Shown here: one piece after another, positions 49,899 through 62,989 of the stretch
Layout: every line of letters begins with the position of its first letter
How positions within the stretch are numbered: position 1 is the stretch's first letter
Notes under the pieces: model-generated
Seen by the model: only the letters and a program-made list of their open reading frames with translations
Told to the model about the DNA's origin: nothing
Database searches by the model: none
Source: Vicugna vicugna
Taxonomy: Eukaryota
NCBI GenBank assembly: GCA_013265495.1
Contig: MU057887.1
Location: 2,513,576-2,577,575, forward strand
Length of the DNA: 64,000 bases
Direction: 5' to 3'
Translations under genes and position numbers: made by a program

Positions 49899-52624
49899 GG
49901 GGCCGGTGAGCCCGCGTCTACACGTGTCCTGGGGGACTCCGAGGCGCAGCCCGGTCTGGGCACCGCCAGCCTGGTGGCAGAGGCGCGCCCTGGACAGGGG
50001 AGGGGTGCGTGCAGAGGGACGCCGTGTGCCGAGGGCTTGTCTCCAGGCTCGCGGCTTGGAAGCAGGGGGCAGCGTGAGTGGCTGCTCGGTGCTGGAGGCT
50101 GGACGCGCCACTCACACCGATGGCTCAGCTGGGGCTGCCAAGTGCTTTTTCCTTTTCCCTTCGCTACTGTTCTATTCCTGGACCCTACAACCATCTCCCC
50201 AGAAGGGTCCCCAGGGGCCTTTTTGATGCCGGGGCCTGAGTGGAGAAGCAGAGCCCTGCACCCTGGACTCCAGGGCCAGCAGCCAAGGGGTGGGGACCTC
50301 AGATGGGGCGTCCGGCCGGCTGCCGTGGCCTCCGTCCAGCTGTGTTCCGCCTGCTCTCAGCCGCCCACTTTCCTGCTGGGGTGCTATTGTGTTCCTTAAA
50401 CCCTGCTGTGTCTGGAAGCTCAGCTGACCTTTTGTGGAGGAAGCTGTCTCCTCCATCAGGAACGGGGTCCCGGCTGCAGCGGGAACAGCTGGGGGTGGGA
50501 GGGACGCAGTCTGCGCGCCCGCCGTGGTCCTAAGGCTTCCGCACGCCCTGGTCATCTGAGAGGCAGGTGCCTGGCGAGGTGGCAGATGAAGGGGCTTAAC
50601 TGACACAGTGTGAGGACCCCGCGAGGGCTGTCACAAGCCCCACGCACCTGCTGGGCACTTGCGGGAATTCAAGGTGTCGCCATCTGCCATCCTGCTCCGC
50701 CGTCGGCCCCGCTGCCAGGTCCTTGCCCCCTGAGGCCTCCGGCCCGGTGTGGGATCTCGGACGTACTCTCCTTGGGCACTGCCTAAATCGCGTGGGCCAA
50801 ATCCATCAGTTCTTTGAACCGGAATATTTTGCCCGCCCGTAGGCGGTATTTATAGCTCAGTGATTCCTAGAGATTTGCGCACCGCACGTCTGTAATCTAG
50901 ACCAGGACCTGGAAGCACTGCTCCTGAACCGCGCTAAACCCAGCCTGGACTGGGGCCCGGGGCCCCCTCACCGGCTTCAAAGTAAAGCTTCCAGGCCGTG
51001 GGCGGGGCGAGGGCAGGAGAGGAGTAAAGGGAGGCGAGCTCGCTGGCTGGGAAGCAAGGCTTTCAGACATTTTCTAGAACAAAGAGTGACAGGGCCGATT
51101 ATAAAAGACCCTTATCTAATCACCGTGGCAGCCCTGCAGGGCCTCGCAGTAACGTGCTGGCTTTTCATTCATTGCGGAGTGCGTGCCCCGGGGAACGAGG
51201 CCTCGTTTCTGGAATAATCGCCCATAATTGAGACCTCGCCTAACGCAGGCCTCAGCCTCCTCAGTTCTGGGTGGTGCCTCGTGCGTGGTCGGCCCTGGGC
51301 TGGCACCCTGGAGGCCCCGGGGCTTAGAAACCACCCAGACCTCCCCGACCTGCCTTAATTAAGTGGTTTTCAGAGATGAGTGTGAATGTCCTATGTGCTC
51401 CTGTGTCTGCAGAAAGATGAGGGGGCTGCAGTCAGAGCTGGAGGGGCGAGCAGAGAGGACACTGCCCTCCCTGTGGGCTGACGTGGGCCCCGCTGGGTCG
51501 GCCAGAGGAGAGGCGGGAGCTGCAGCTGGGACGCAGCGCCCCAGCCACCGCCCGTCCCCCCACCACACCTGTGAGGCTGGTGCGGACGCGGGAAGGCCAG
51601 TCTGGCTGCCAGGGCCCCTCCGACCCGTCCACCCCGTGACCTCTGTCACCAGCAGTGAGACAGAAGGGAGATGCCCCACCCCGTCCAGACGGCAGAAGTG
51701 CCGACTCTAGCTTTTCGGCTTGGACTGAAGGAGGACGCGGTGGAGACTGGAAACCACGCCACAGCGTCTCCGTGGCACCCCGTGTGGACTGGTGGCCCAT
51801 CGCAGACACCGGGGAGGACGTTGCCTTCCCGGCAAGTGCCTCCAGCCCTGCCGCAGTGTTGTGCGTGGCCCCCGGCCCCGGCCAAGGCGGGGAGGAGGGG
51901 ACAGTTCCTTAGGATGGCGGCCTCATCATCGTCAGAGCACGCCCTGTGCCTTGCTGGCCGGTTAGGGGAAACTGCCACGTTTTCCGTAGCTGAACAAAGA
52001 CTCACGACTAGTCGTAGCTGGGAAACTTCAGAGCTGTCCGGGGAGCGACCCGTGGGGCCAGTGAGGCCTGATCCTGGGCGGAGGGCTGGTTGTTCAAAGT
52101 CAGGTTCACCCTCTGGACCGGCGCCAGCGGAGCCACGCACCCACGCACGGCAGGATCCCGTTAGCCCGTGGTGTGTGTGTCTCGGCCTGTCTGTTGAAGC
52201 CTTCCCCTTTCTGGAGACATGAGGCTTTCGTGAGCAAGAATCCACCAAGGGTGGCCAAGGCTCGGGGACCTCCACGGGCATCTGAACCCCGGGCGGATGG
52301 AGCGGGCCAGCAGCGCTGCCGAGGTCCTGCCAGGCTCACCTAGTGTGGAGGCGCCAGTCCTCCGCCCGGAGCCCTGGGCCTCGGTGGTGATGCTCAGGAA
52401 GTGGCTGGCGTGGGGTCCCCGTCAGCCTCTGTCAGAGCAGGTTAGTGCGGCTGTGGTCCAGCTCCACCTCCTACCCGGGCCGGGAGTGCTGTTCTGCCCC
52501 GAGACAGAAATGTACATTCAGAACCCCCATCCAAGTGGAGACCACAGAAGGGAAAGAGTATAAAAAAGGCCTGTGAGCCTTACCCCTCACTGTATGCCAG
52601 GAAATAGTCTAAATTAATCAGCAA

Positions 52625-53050
52625 TGTATGGGGGTGTCTGACATTCTCCCACCACAAATATATGTGTACGTCCCCTGCTCTGCATCCACACAGAACTCCA
52701 GGGCGCTGGAAACCGGGTGTGACTGTGACCTCAAAGGATGGAAATGTGGTGCGCTCCACACGCTCCCTGAATTTCCCAGCTCAGCCCCGGAGGCAGAGCC
52801 ACACAGAGAGCAAGGGTCTCGCAGGTATGGTAAGATCCATGTCTGCCAGGGTGTCCGTCCCAGACAACCTGGGCAGGCCTGACCTAATCAGTCGAGAGGC
52901 CTTAAGAGCAGAGCAGAGAATTCCCTGGTGGGGAGAAGCCCCGCCTGTGCCCCGCCCTTCTCCAAGGCCCGCCCGCAGGCGCACCCACTGGCCGGGCCAG
53001 AGCCTGCAGGCCCGTGAGCCATTCTCTGGCCTGTGTCTCCACATGGACGT
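52625..53050 (+). mobile_element. MaLR/ERVL LTR relic
   Basis: ctgggcaggcctgacctaatcagtcgagaggccttaagagcagagc. Confidence 0.55.
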
Positions 53051-54394
53051 CTCCTCCAGGCTGCTTCTCTGGCCGACCCTGGACGCAGGGCGGAGAACGA
53101 CTCTGCTCGTTTCACTCTCCACCTGCTTCCTGCCTCAGTGTTTCCGTCAGCGTGTGCCCAGGGCTCGAGCTCCTGTGCGCAGGAGGGAACGCCTCCTCCT
53201 CGCCTGGCCCTGGCCACGTGCTCCGACCGCTGAACCTCTCCTCTGAGCTGCTCCTCCAGAGGCCTGGGAACCGTCCCTGGCTCCCCAGTGCAGCCCCTCC
53301 AGCCCAGGTCCCTTCTCAGTCAGACACTGCCCCCAGCTCGCCGTCCGCTAACCCCCCACTCCCGCTGTCCGACTCCTGACCCCACCTCACCTGGATGACA
53401 AGCCAGAGTCCCCGTCATCTCCCAAATCACGGATTTCCTCGAGTTGCTTTCCCGTTTAGGGCTGGATCACGCTGGTAGAAATAGAAGCCTATGAGGAAGC
53501 CGCATCACTCAGAACCGGCTTTGTTGCGCTGCAGGAAAGATCTAAAAATACCAGCATCTTTGTGAGGTGGTGCCTCCCACCCCGGCACACGCCCGTCACA
53601 GACTGAACAGACTTGATTTCTCGCAGATGCCAAGACACCGGCCCCGCCGGGTCTCCATCGCAGCACCCCTCCGCCCCCCGAGGGCCCAGGGACAGGAAGC
53701 TGGGACAGCCGTGCACTGGCTCTCACAGGTCTGTGAGAAAGGACATGCGCCTCGGCTGAGCGCGTCACAGGGACACCAGGCCATCGCCAGGCAGGAGCAC
53801 CTGCCACTCAGAGAGGGCGACGCAGACACATGGACAGGCACCACATCCGCGCCCTCATGGTGCAGGAGAGTCAGCAGGCTTTGGGCGGCACAGGCGGGAC
53901 CCGGGGAGGCCCTGCGGCGGCCCCTCGCCTGAGGCAGGGCCGGGGAGTGGGCAGTGCTGGCGGTAACAGCCATCTGCTCCGACGGCTCAGCCTGGCAGGT
54001 GTTTGCTCAGTGGGCCAACCGTGGGCCCTTGGATTAAGAGCAGAAGTGATGCTCTGATCCTGCAGACTCAGAAACTACCTGGTTCCTTCAGAACCACCCC
54101 GGCCCCCGTGGGCGTGGAAGCGCTCAGGTGCCCTGGCCTCCGTGGACGTGCTCAGGACAAATGGCCCACACATCTCTGCTGCGGCCTTCCTGGCCACAGG
54201 CCCCTGCACTAGAGCAGGTGGGTCCCTTCCTCGTGTGGGAAGGAGACGTGGGAACCGCAGGGTCTCAGCTAGACGGCGTCCACGAGGACTGATGGCGGTG
54301 GATCTCACGGGTGACATTGGGGAGGGTTCACGGAAGCAGTCTTCGCTCTGGATAGGAGTCTGTCAGGAAGGAGGGCGATCCTATGGGCGGGCTG

Positions 54395-54920
54395 TGCTTC
54401 TAACTGAGATGGAAATCCCACACCGCAAAGCGTAGCCCTTTTCAAATGTCATGCTGTGTTCTAGTGTATTCGTGAGACTGTGCAACCATTACCACCATCA
54501 AATCACAGAAAATCTGTTATCTTGCAAAAGAACCGCCAGCCGTGGGCAGCCCCCTCCAGCCTCCCCCAGCCCCGGACAGCCACTCACCCACGTTCTGTCT
54601 CTCTGGACTGGCCTGTCTTGCACACTTCGCATCACAGGCACCACGCACGCTGTGGTGTTTAGTGACCGGCTCTCTCACTGAACGTCACGTTTTCAGAGGC
54701 CATCCACGTCCCGGCCAGGTCTGCGCAGCCCTCCTGTCCCAACGTATGGGTAGACCACTTTCCGTTCGTCCACTCTCAGATTCGGACGTTTGCGTTGCTT
54801 CCACCTTTTGGCTGCTGTGAACAACCCGGTGCTGTGAACTGGTGGACAAGCTTGTGCGCGGACATATGTCTCCCTTTCTCCGGGCGTTTGGCTCGCAGAG
54901 GAACGGTTGCATCTCGTGGT
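54395..54920 (-). mobile_element. L1MB-like 3' UTR, GC-shifted
   Basis: gtgcaaccattaccaccatc...ttctgtctctctggactggcctg...ttccaccttttggctgctgtgaac. Homologous to the 24.2-24.6 kb copy. Confidence 0.85.
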
Positions 54921-55066
54921 AGCTCTGCCTGGGACTGAGTCTCTCTATCCACCTGACCTCGGAGGAGGGCCACTGAGAGCGTGGCTGAGGCTGGAACGAG
55001 TAAAGGTCCCCGGGGCCCAGCAGAGCTGGGAGCCCGGGACCCACACCTGTGCTCTGCCTTGTTCTT

Positions 55067-55297
55067 GTCTGTGCTCACGCTGCTCCCGTCTCTGCTCACG
55101 CCGCTCCTGTCTGCACTCACGCCGTTCCCGTCTCTGCTCACGCCGCTCCCGTTTCTGCTCACGCTGCTCCCGTCTGTGCTCACGCTGTTCCAGTCTCTGC
55201 TCACGCTGTTCCCGTCTCTGCTCACGCTGCTCCTGTGTCTGCTCACGCTGCTCCTGTCTGCACTCACGCTGCTCCCGTCTCTGCTCACGCTGTTCCT
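55067..55297. repeat. 21-bp minisatellite, 11 full units
   Basis: Consensus GTCTCTGCTCACGCTGCTCCC with no indels. Followed by (GTGGTCACAC)x2.5 at 55302-55326. Confidence 0.95.
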
Positions 55298-58200
55298 GTC
55301 TGTGGTCACACGTGGTCACACGTGGTTCTGGCCTGGCCTCCTTTTGAGTCCCACTTCATCCTGGGCACAGAGGAAGCACGTCCGCCTGGGAGGCTGCGTC
55401 GTGTCCAGGAGGGGTGCCAGCCCAGCTCCCTGGTGTGTACTGCTGTCCCCCGTCCCCCAGGCGACGTCCTGTGTGAGGGGCCCTTGTCTGGTGGGCGGGC
55501 CACAAGGCTCCCCTCCAGCCTGTGGCTGCCCAGAGCCCTCGGGCTGGGCGGAGCCAGCACCTGCCACGTGGACCAGCGCTTCCTCCAACCCGGGGCCCTG
55601 CCCCTGCCCCTGGGCCACCGTGTGCTGGTCCCCTCTGTCCTGGCAACTCAACCCCCACCTCCCGGCCCTCTGCCTGGACTACCTCTGTTGGCCCTGACGT
55701 CACATTCTCAGTGTCACTCACTGAGACCCCACGCCGCCCCGAGCATCCCTTAGACCCCATTTTCTCCATAATTTCTCTTCAAGCATCTATCGGAGAAGGA
55801 GAAATGGTGCCCACTGTCGCACTAGGCATACATTTACTTAGAGAGTGGACAGACACCGAGGCCACCCCCACGTCTGACCCCCATCCCGCCCCGCTCCACC
55901 CCAGCCATCCGGCAGCTCTGACTGGACGGCTCCTCAGGCACCTGCCTGTGCTCCTGCTCTAATTGGCTTCAACCTAAATTCCCTCAAGTGCAAACCGGAC
56001 CATGAAGGAGAACCGCGTCCCCCACCCTTTGGTCTCTCTGCTCGAGAGCGATGTGGCCAATGGCACTTTGGGGAGGGAAGCCAGGTCCCAGGGCACCTCG
56101 CTGCCTCCAGGTCCCGCTGTGCCAGCCCCGCACTGGGCACCTCAGACCCGGGACCCCGTGTGCCCGGACCCGTCACTCTGTGAAGCCCCGGGGCCTCTGA
56201 TGGTGCCCGCCGTCCGCTCCTGCCAACGTGCCATTTCTGATTTCATTGCGACTGGAGAGACTGGACCCCGCAGGGGGCGAGAAGACTGGCCGTGCTGTTG
56301 GCTCAGGTCACTGGATGGCTTCCTCTGCTTCCCGTGTTCTGGAATTTTCTGTCGCTGGAAGATTCACCACATGCGAATATGGTTTATTAAAAGGCTCAGC
56401 AATTCTAAGTAAACAAGACCTGCCCCAAATGCTTAGTCTGGGGCCACGTCTGCCCTGCGTGGGATGAAGAGACTGCAGATCTCTCAGAAGTTTAGAGTGA
56501 CAGCCCCGGTGAGTGATGAGAAGAGAATTTGGGGTTTTTTCCTATCAAAAAACAAAAAAAACCGAAAACCAACTTCCCCTGCGGTGTGTTTATTTTTTCT
56601 AAACAGGAACCACATGCAAACACAACGAAGTATTACCTAGGGTTTCCTCTCAAACCGTATTAAGCCTCATTCTGCCAGCGGCAAAGCTTCAAGACTGGAA
56701 TTCGACACAGATGCGTTGTGCACCTACCTCGGGTCCAGCCGGCCCTGGGTACTGAGGATGGCGCTGGGGGGCGGCAGAGCAACCGGGATCGGCAGATGGG
56801 AGTGAGCGCTCCTGTCAAAGTCCCCGTGGCGGGAGGAGCCAGCTCACCAGCGTCCTCGGCTAATGCTGCGGAATGTGCCTTACTCTCCGCAAGGCGTCCT
56901 GCGTTGCTGCCCGGCGCACCCAGCCCGGGGTCTCCGGAGGAGAAGACCCTGGAGCCCCAGGGCGACCGGCCGTTTCCACACCTTCTTCCCTAATCCTGAC
57001 CGCAGTCACCGACGTCCAACCGACGTCCAGCACCCCCCTGCCCGGCCCCAGGACAGACTGTGCCCCGCAGCCCCTGGCAGCGGAGGGAGTGACACAGGGG
57101 TCCGGATCGGACCGACGGGCCGTGCCTGGTGAGCGGTGCACTTGCTGCAGACGTGTCTTTCCCTAAATTCTCCCTCCGCCGAGGCAGCGGGGGAGGCGGC
57201 TGCTCCGCGTGGTCCAGCCTCCAGGAGGGGCAGCCTCCGCCTGCCTGGAGCCCTGAGGGACGGTGTGGGGCAGAGGCCCTGCCAAGCTGCGGAACCAGGG
57301 AACACTCACCAGGTTCCGTGGCTAGCTGTCACCGCAGCACAGTTTAACTGGCCCTGGCTGATACAGCCTGGGAAATCCATTCCCAAAACGGACGCAAAGA
57401 AAGCGGGGGTGGAGGTCTTGGAGTTTGGTGTGTTTTAATTGAGTGTCCTAGACACTGTCCTTAGAAAGATGTGGAATTTGGTGAACACAGTTAGAAGCCT
57501 TCTTGGAAAAAAGACTCAGCGCTGCCTGGACAGCGCACAAAACACGAGCCTTGTGCCGTCGCAGCTGGACCTGCTGCTTTTTAAATCTGATGACTCAGCG
57601 GAGTTTTACGCGTATCTTTGAAGAACACACGTCAGTTAAAATGTCCTTCGATTTTGGTTTGTTTTGTGTTTCCTGGTGATTAGATTTGGTTTGCATCTTT
57701 GGGGCGGAAGCACACTAGAAATAATGTTTGGGTTCTCAGGGAGGCCCAGCAGAGGCGCACGCGCGGTGGCGCCTGGACTGAGGTTCGCTGTGAGCGCCTG
57801 GCTAGGTGCTGCCGGGTCCCCGCACTGGACAGTCACTAGCTTTCCTTCTGAAATGTGTGAATCACCCCGGGGTGACTGGGGGTGGCACAAGCACCCCGCC
57901 CCCAGCGGGCCTCACCGCCTCTCCCCGACGTGGGAGCCGCTGACCTTGGCCTGAGTTAGTTGTCCTGCAATGACCGCAGGTGACGTGAGCTGATTTCCTG
58001 GCGCCCCGGGGCCTGTCAGCGGGCCTCCCGCTCTCCCCGCCCACTCGGCTGTCGCCTTGCCTGGGGATTTGCTTGTATGTGTTTGCGCATCTCCTCTACG
58101 GATGGACTCGCGGATGCTTGCTTCATTCGATGGGCATTCACCCGTGACTTCTGCCCTACTGCGATGTCCGGAGTGTCCCCGATTTGGCCCGGGGGACGAG

Positions 58201-58399
58201 CCTCTGTCCTTCCACCCGCCCCGGCGCGCCTGTGAGCGCCGCCTTCGTTCCTGCACAAGGTGTTCAAGGCTCAGCGGGCGCCTTCCTGCCTCGGCTCCTG
58301 GGTCCCCTTTTCCTGGGAGCCCCAGCCCCTTTTAGGGAGGAAGGTCGATGGCACGGGAGACTACAGAGAAGCTGAGGAATCTTCTGGATTGAAGGAGAC

Positions 58400-58785
58400 T
58401 AAAGAGATGTGATGCGGAACCCTAGATCCTCCAAACCAGGAACCAACCCTACAGAAGACACTGCCGGGGCGCGGAGTGAGGCCGGAGCCGGGGCTGCCTG
58501 GTGGATTGGTCACAGGGACAGTGCCCCATGGCGCCCATGCCGCGCAGCTTTAAGGCGAAATCCCCGTTCTACGGAAACGTGCAGTATGAAGGAGGAAATG
58601 TGACTCACCCTCAGAAGCTTCACTCAGCGCCCACCCCAGCCAGGGCGACGCGTCCGAGCACGGATGGCGAAGCAGCTGGGGGCGAGGCTGCGCAAAGCGG
58701 GGATCACCAGGTCGTCTGGTTCTTTTTCCTCTAATGCCTTTTCAGTTTTTCTAAATTTGAAATGATTTCAAAATAAATCATTGAA
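58400..58785 (+). mobile_element. Old L1 3' end relic
   Basis: Terminal ttttctaaatttgaaatgatttcaaaataaa. The upstream part is GC-shifted. Confidence 0.5.
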
Positions 58786-59406
58786 AGAGAGAGAGAGGCT
58801 GGAAGTAAGAGCTCACGTGTTCGGGTCACGGCGGCTGGGACGGCTCCACCCGCCTGCACCCTCTCCACGCCCCGGAGGCAGCGAGGCCGGTGCTGGGGAC
58901 ACTGGGAGGTCACGACGCCATCAAAACGGGTCAGGCCGACTCAGAACCTGCGGGCTCCCCCCCAGCTCAGCCTCTGGTCCCCGCCCCTTCTCAGAGATTC
59001 TAGGGCTTGGGCGTGGGGACACGTAGGACAGCTGGGTGGAACTTGCATTAGCCCTGCACGTGCTGGTGATAAAGTCAAAATAATCAGGAAGAGGACAATA
59101 CCAGAGCGAGCCCCTGTTCTCTTCCTTACTGGGGAAGAGGCCGCGTGTGGGCGGACTTCTCAGGCTGAGGCTGGCCCGGCACTGGCCATCCTTGTCCAGC
59201 ACACTTCCTCCTTAGTGGGACGAGGGCGTGGCCACACACAGCACCTGGCCGCACATCTGGCTGGGGAGGGATGATGGGGTCACGCAGAAGTCCCGCAGCC
59301 CCAGTGACGGAGCCCTGGGGTGGCACTTCCCTGCAACCCCCACCGTGCAGGCCTGGGAGATGCAGGAGAAACAGATGTGGGGCGTGAGGAGGGCCGTGTC
59401 CCAGGC

Positions 59407-60004
59407 TTTGACTGAGCCCCTGGGACGTGCTCTGCGAGTTGGGCCCTTGGCTTTGCCCAGGAAAGAATTCAAGAGAGAGCCATGGTTGAGTGAAGGTAGA
59501 TTTATTCAGAGATACACTGAAAGCAATAGAAAGGCTATGAGCTGTAGGGGTTGGGTGCTCAGATTAAAAGTAGGCACACATTCCATAGACAGAATGCGGG
59601 CCGTCTCCAATGAGGGGGGGAGAGAGAGAGAGAGAGGGAGACACGGGGGCAGTGGCCTCGGGCAGTGTTGCCAGTTTCTATGGGCTTGGTGGCTTCACAT
59701 GCTAGTAAGTGGAAGGACCAGTCTAAGTAGCCTGGGGAAGGGGCTGGGGTTCCCAGGAAGGAGGCCATTTCCCACCCTTTGACCTTGTGTGGCCAGCCTT
59801 GGGACTGCCCTGGCGCCTGTGGGCGTGTTAGTCACCATGTTAACATATTACAGTGGGCGTAGAATGAGGCTCAAGCTCTGCTAGAAGTCAGATCGCCCAC
59901 CACCCTGAGCCTCAGGGCCTCCTGGGGGCTGAATCCTCCACCACTTTGATGTTAGCTGCTGTGGCGCTCTTTGAATGGCTGTGCCCCGTCCCCTTCCTGT
60001 CTCA
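59407..60004 (-). mobile_element. ERV1-type solo LTR
   Basis: cttggctttgcccaggaaagaattcaag...tttatt (AATAAA on minus, 59501-59506)...ending tcctgtctca. Confidence 0.7.
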
Positions 60005-61379
60005 GGGGCGCTGTGCCGAGAGGCCCGGACCCCAGGAGGGAGGGTCCCTGTGGCTCTGGCGGGTGGGCAGGGGCAGCCGGCCTTGACCGAAGACTTCCTG
60101 TGAAGCAGAGAGACCCCTGGTTTCCACGAGGCTGCGCCTTTCAGCAGCGCACACTCCCCAGGAAACGCGCTCGCATTTGAAAAATGCACCAAGCAGAATA
60201 CAACTACCTAAACAGGCGGGACTCCAGAGCTTGCTTCTGACTTGAGCAAATGAGATTGGGGTTTGCAGTTTGCAAATTCTCCCCAGGGGTTATGTTTCGG
60301 GGTCACTCTGCACAATCTTGCTCTTAGAACAGTCTTCAAATAGAGAAAATGCCTAAAGCAAAAGTCCTCCATTCCACTGGCTCCTCCCTCCGCCTGAGCC
60401 TGGCTCCCGCGGAGGGAGAGGGACCTTCTCTCTGCCTCCCTCACTCCGACGGTCAAGTTCTCCCTCCAGGGGGCCTGAGAGGCTCTGGGCTCCTGTGGGG
60501 GTTACAGGACGCACTGGGGCGTCACCCGATCGTCCCGGCTGCACAGCATGGCCTGGACTTGTGTTAGGCCAGGGGTGCCATGTGCAAAACTGCCCTCTGG
60601 TCACCGTGTGGATGCAGAAGGGCCAGGGAAACGTGCTCATTGTATTAAATGCAAATATTTAACTACCACTGCTGCCAGAGAGCTTGGAGCCCAGAGCGCA
60701 GGCAGAGCCCCTGACCCCCGGGGACATCCACGCCTCCTTGCTGCCTCTCAGGTGTCCCTTCCTCAGTCACGATCCCCTGGAGGGCAGGCAGGGTCTGCCC
60801 CTCTGGGACTCCGCCCTGCGGGGAGGCCCTGGCCCGGGAGAACGCCAGTGAGCGAGGCGAACACAGGAACAGAGGGGCTCGGCCCGTCTCTGAGGTCTGA
60901 GACCTCCTTCCCAGGAGTTGGAGCCCCCACCCACCCCTGCGGGACCCACGTGTGCCAGCCCACAGTCCACCCTCTGCCCAGCCCCGCCCCAGCGGGGCGC
61001 TCGCTGCTCGCTGGAGCGCCCCAGCAGGAAGAGCCCCCGCCCGCACCCCACACACCCCGCCTTCCACCTGCAGGGCGGGTCAGGCCCTCCCCTTTGGTCA
61101 AGTGCGTTCTGCATTTTTTGAGATGACAGGTGCTTGTTAAGTGTTCACTTTGCACAAGTTACTGTTCCAGCATCAGCATCGGGCACCGTCCCTGCCACCC
61201 TCCTGGGGGGGGCTCCCCCAGCCCTCGGCGTGACTGCCCCGTGGCCCTTGTCCCCGGCCTCCATCCTGCCCCCACCCGGCAGATGCCGGCCCGTCCCTTC
61301 CCAGCACACCCGCTCCTCAGCCTCCAGCCCCTTGTGTCCTTTTCTCCCCCCTCCCTGCTCCGTCCTGCTTCATCCTCAA

Positions 61380-61830
61380 GTCCAGGAGCATAAATGTGGG
61401 CGTCCCCAGCTCAGCACCCCACACCCCTCCTCTCTGTGGACTTGCTCCCAGGCCGTCTTATCCAGTCACAGGGTTTCAAGGACTGTCTCTCTGCAGGGAC
61501 TCCTGAACTTGCATCTCCAGTCCCCACGTCTCCCCTCCCTCTGTCCCTCTGTCCCTCCCTCCCTCCTTCCTTGAATTCACAGCCAAACACTCCACAGACT
61601 TGAATGCTTAATGAACATCTCAAGTGTTATATGTGTGACTCCAGGCTCTTGATTTCTCCTCAAAACCTGCTCCTCCCTATCTTCCCGCCTCCGTAAAGGG
61701 GAAAATGTTCTTTCCATTTCTTAGGCCAAAGTCCGGGGATGTCACCAATTAAAACTTCCCTCTGCCTTTCACACCTTGTCTTTGATCCATGAGTAAGGCT
61801 GCTACCTCCACACATCCTCATTCCCAGCCC
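61380..61830 (+). mobile_element. L2 LINE fragment
   Basis: acttgaatg...catctcaa...ttctcctcaaaacctgctcctccc...aggccaaa. Confidence 0.75.
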
Positions 61831-62178
61831 CACACCCCCGTCCCCAGGCCCACATCCCCATCCCCAGTCCCACATCTGTGACTGCATGTTGGGCAGGAAC
61901 CATGAAGGTTCCAGGGAGACCTGCGGTGTGCTGTGAAGGGGAGGGCGAGAGGCAGAATCAGATGCAGGTGTCCTGGAGGTGATCACATCCTATTGCAGGA
62001 AATGTGGTGGAAAGGAGGGAGAAAGGAGTTTGGTCTCACGAGAACATCAACTTCGTGAGAGCAAGGACATGAGTCCTTCACTGAGGTTCTTCCAGCATCT
62101 CAGCAGGCCTGGAAGCAGGGGATGCCTGTTAGATAGAAGTGGAAGGAGAGGGAGGAAAGGAGGGAGGGAGGGGGAGGG

Positions 62179-62286
62179 NNNNNNNNNNNNNNNNNNNNNN
62201 NNNNNNNNNNNNNNNNNNNNNNNNNNNNNNNNNNNNNNNNNNNNNNNNNNNNNNNNNNNNNNNNNNNNNNNNNNNNNNNNNNNNNN
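62179..62286. other. Assembly gap in a purine-rich (GGGA/GGAA) tract
   Basis: 108 N bases. Confidence 1.
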
Positions 62287-62989
62287 NGCGGAGGGGGGAG
62301 GGAGACATCCCTTTGCCCTCAGACTGTCCTGAGGCCACATCTGGGCCCCTCACGGGGACAGTCTGTAAACGCCCCACCTCACCAAAGGCGCCTCAACTTC
62401 TCTTTGGAAGGAGGGGGACTCAAGCTGCCTCTAACTCAACCACCGCGTCCCTCTTGGTGGACCCCTCTCGCTTTGGGAGACACAAGCTGACACCCAGCGG
62501 GTGACCCCGTGGCTTCAGAGCTGCCCCAAAGTCACCCCATTTAAAGCCCGCTGTGCTTTCAGCGCCCGGAGGCGATGTGTCCCTTGCCCCTGGGGAGGTG
62601 TGAGTGCTGACATTCCCTCAACAAGTAAGGACGTGTGTTACGCATGCTGAGCGCGGCCCTGAGTTTGGGGTGAGAGACAGGGTCAGACTGGCAGTGTGGG
62701 AGGAACGGGTTTCCCTCTGCCAGAGCGGGGCTGGCAGAAGCCGCCGGCTCACGGCCAGGTGGGGTGGCCAGCGCCGGTCACCAGCGAGCCGGGGAAGCCC
62801 CGGGGTGGCCAAGCAGGGATGGGGGTGGGTGAGTCCATTTTCATTCGGGCTAGGATAAAGAAAAGTCTATTTGTAAACAGACCTACATGAAAATAAACAC
62901 GAAACGAATACATGTATAAATAAGAATAAAAATGCAGTATCAATAAAACCTGCAGACACCCTCCCTGCCACTCACTAGCCAAGGAGGAG

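Noticed and set aside
55067..55297. CRISPR-like array
   Set aside because: The units are head-to-tail with no unique spacers, there are no cas genes, and the context is mammalian.
54776..55753. Repetitive coiled-coil, Cys-rich or Leu-rich ORFs
   Set aside because: These are by-products of the 21-bp minisatellite being open in several frames; the left flank is an L1 relic.
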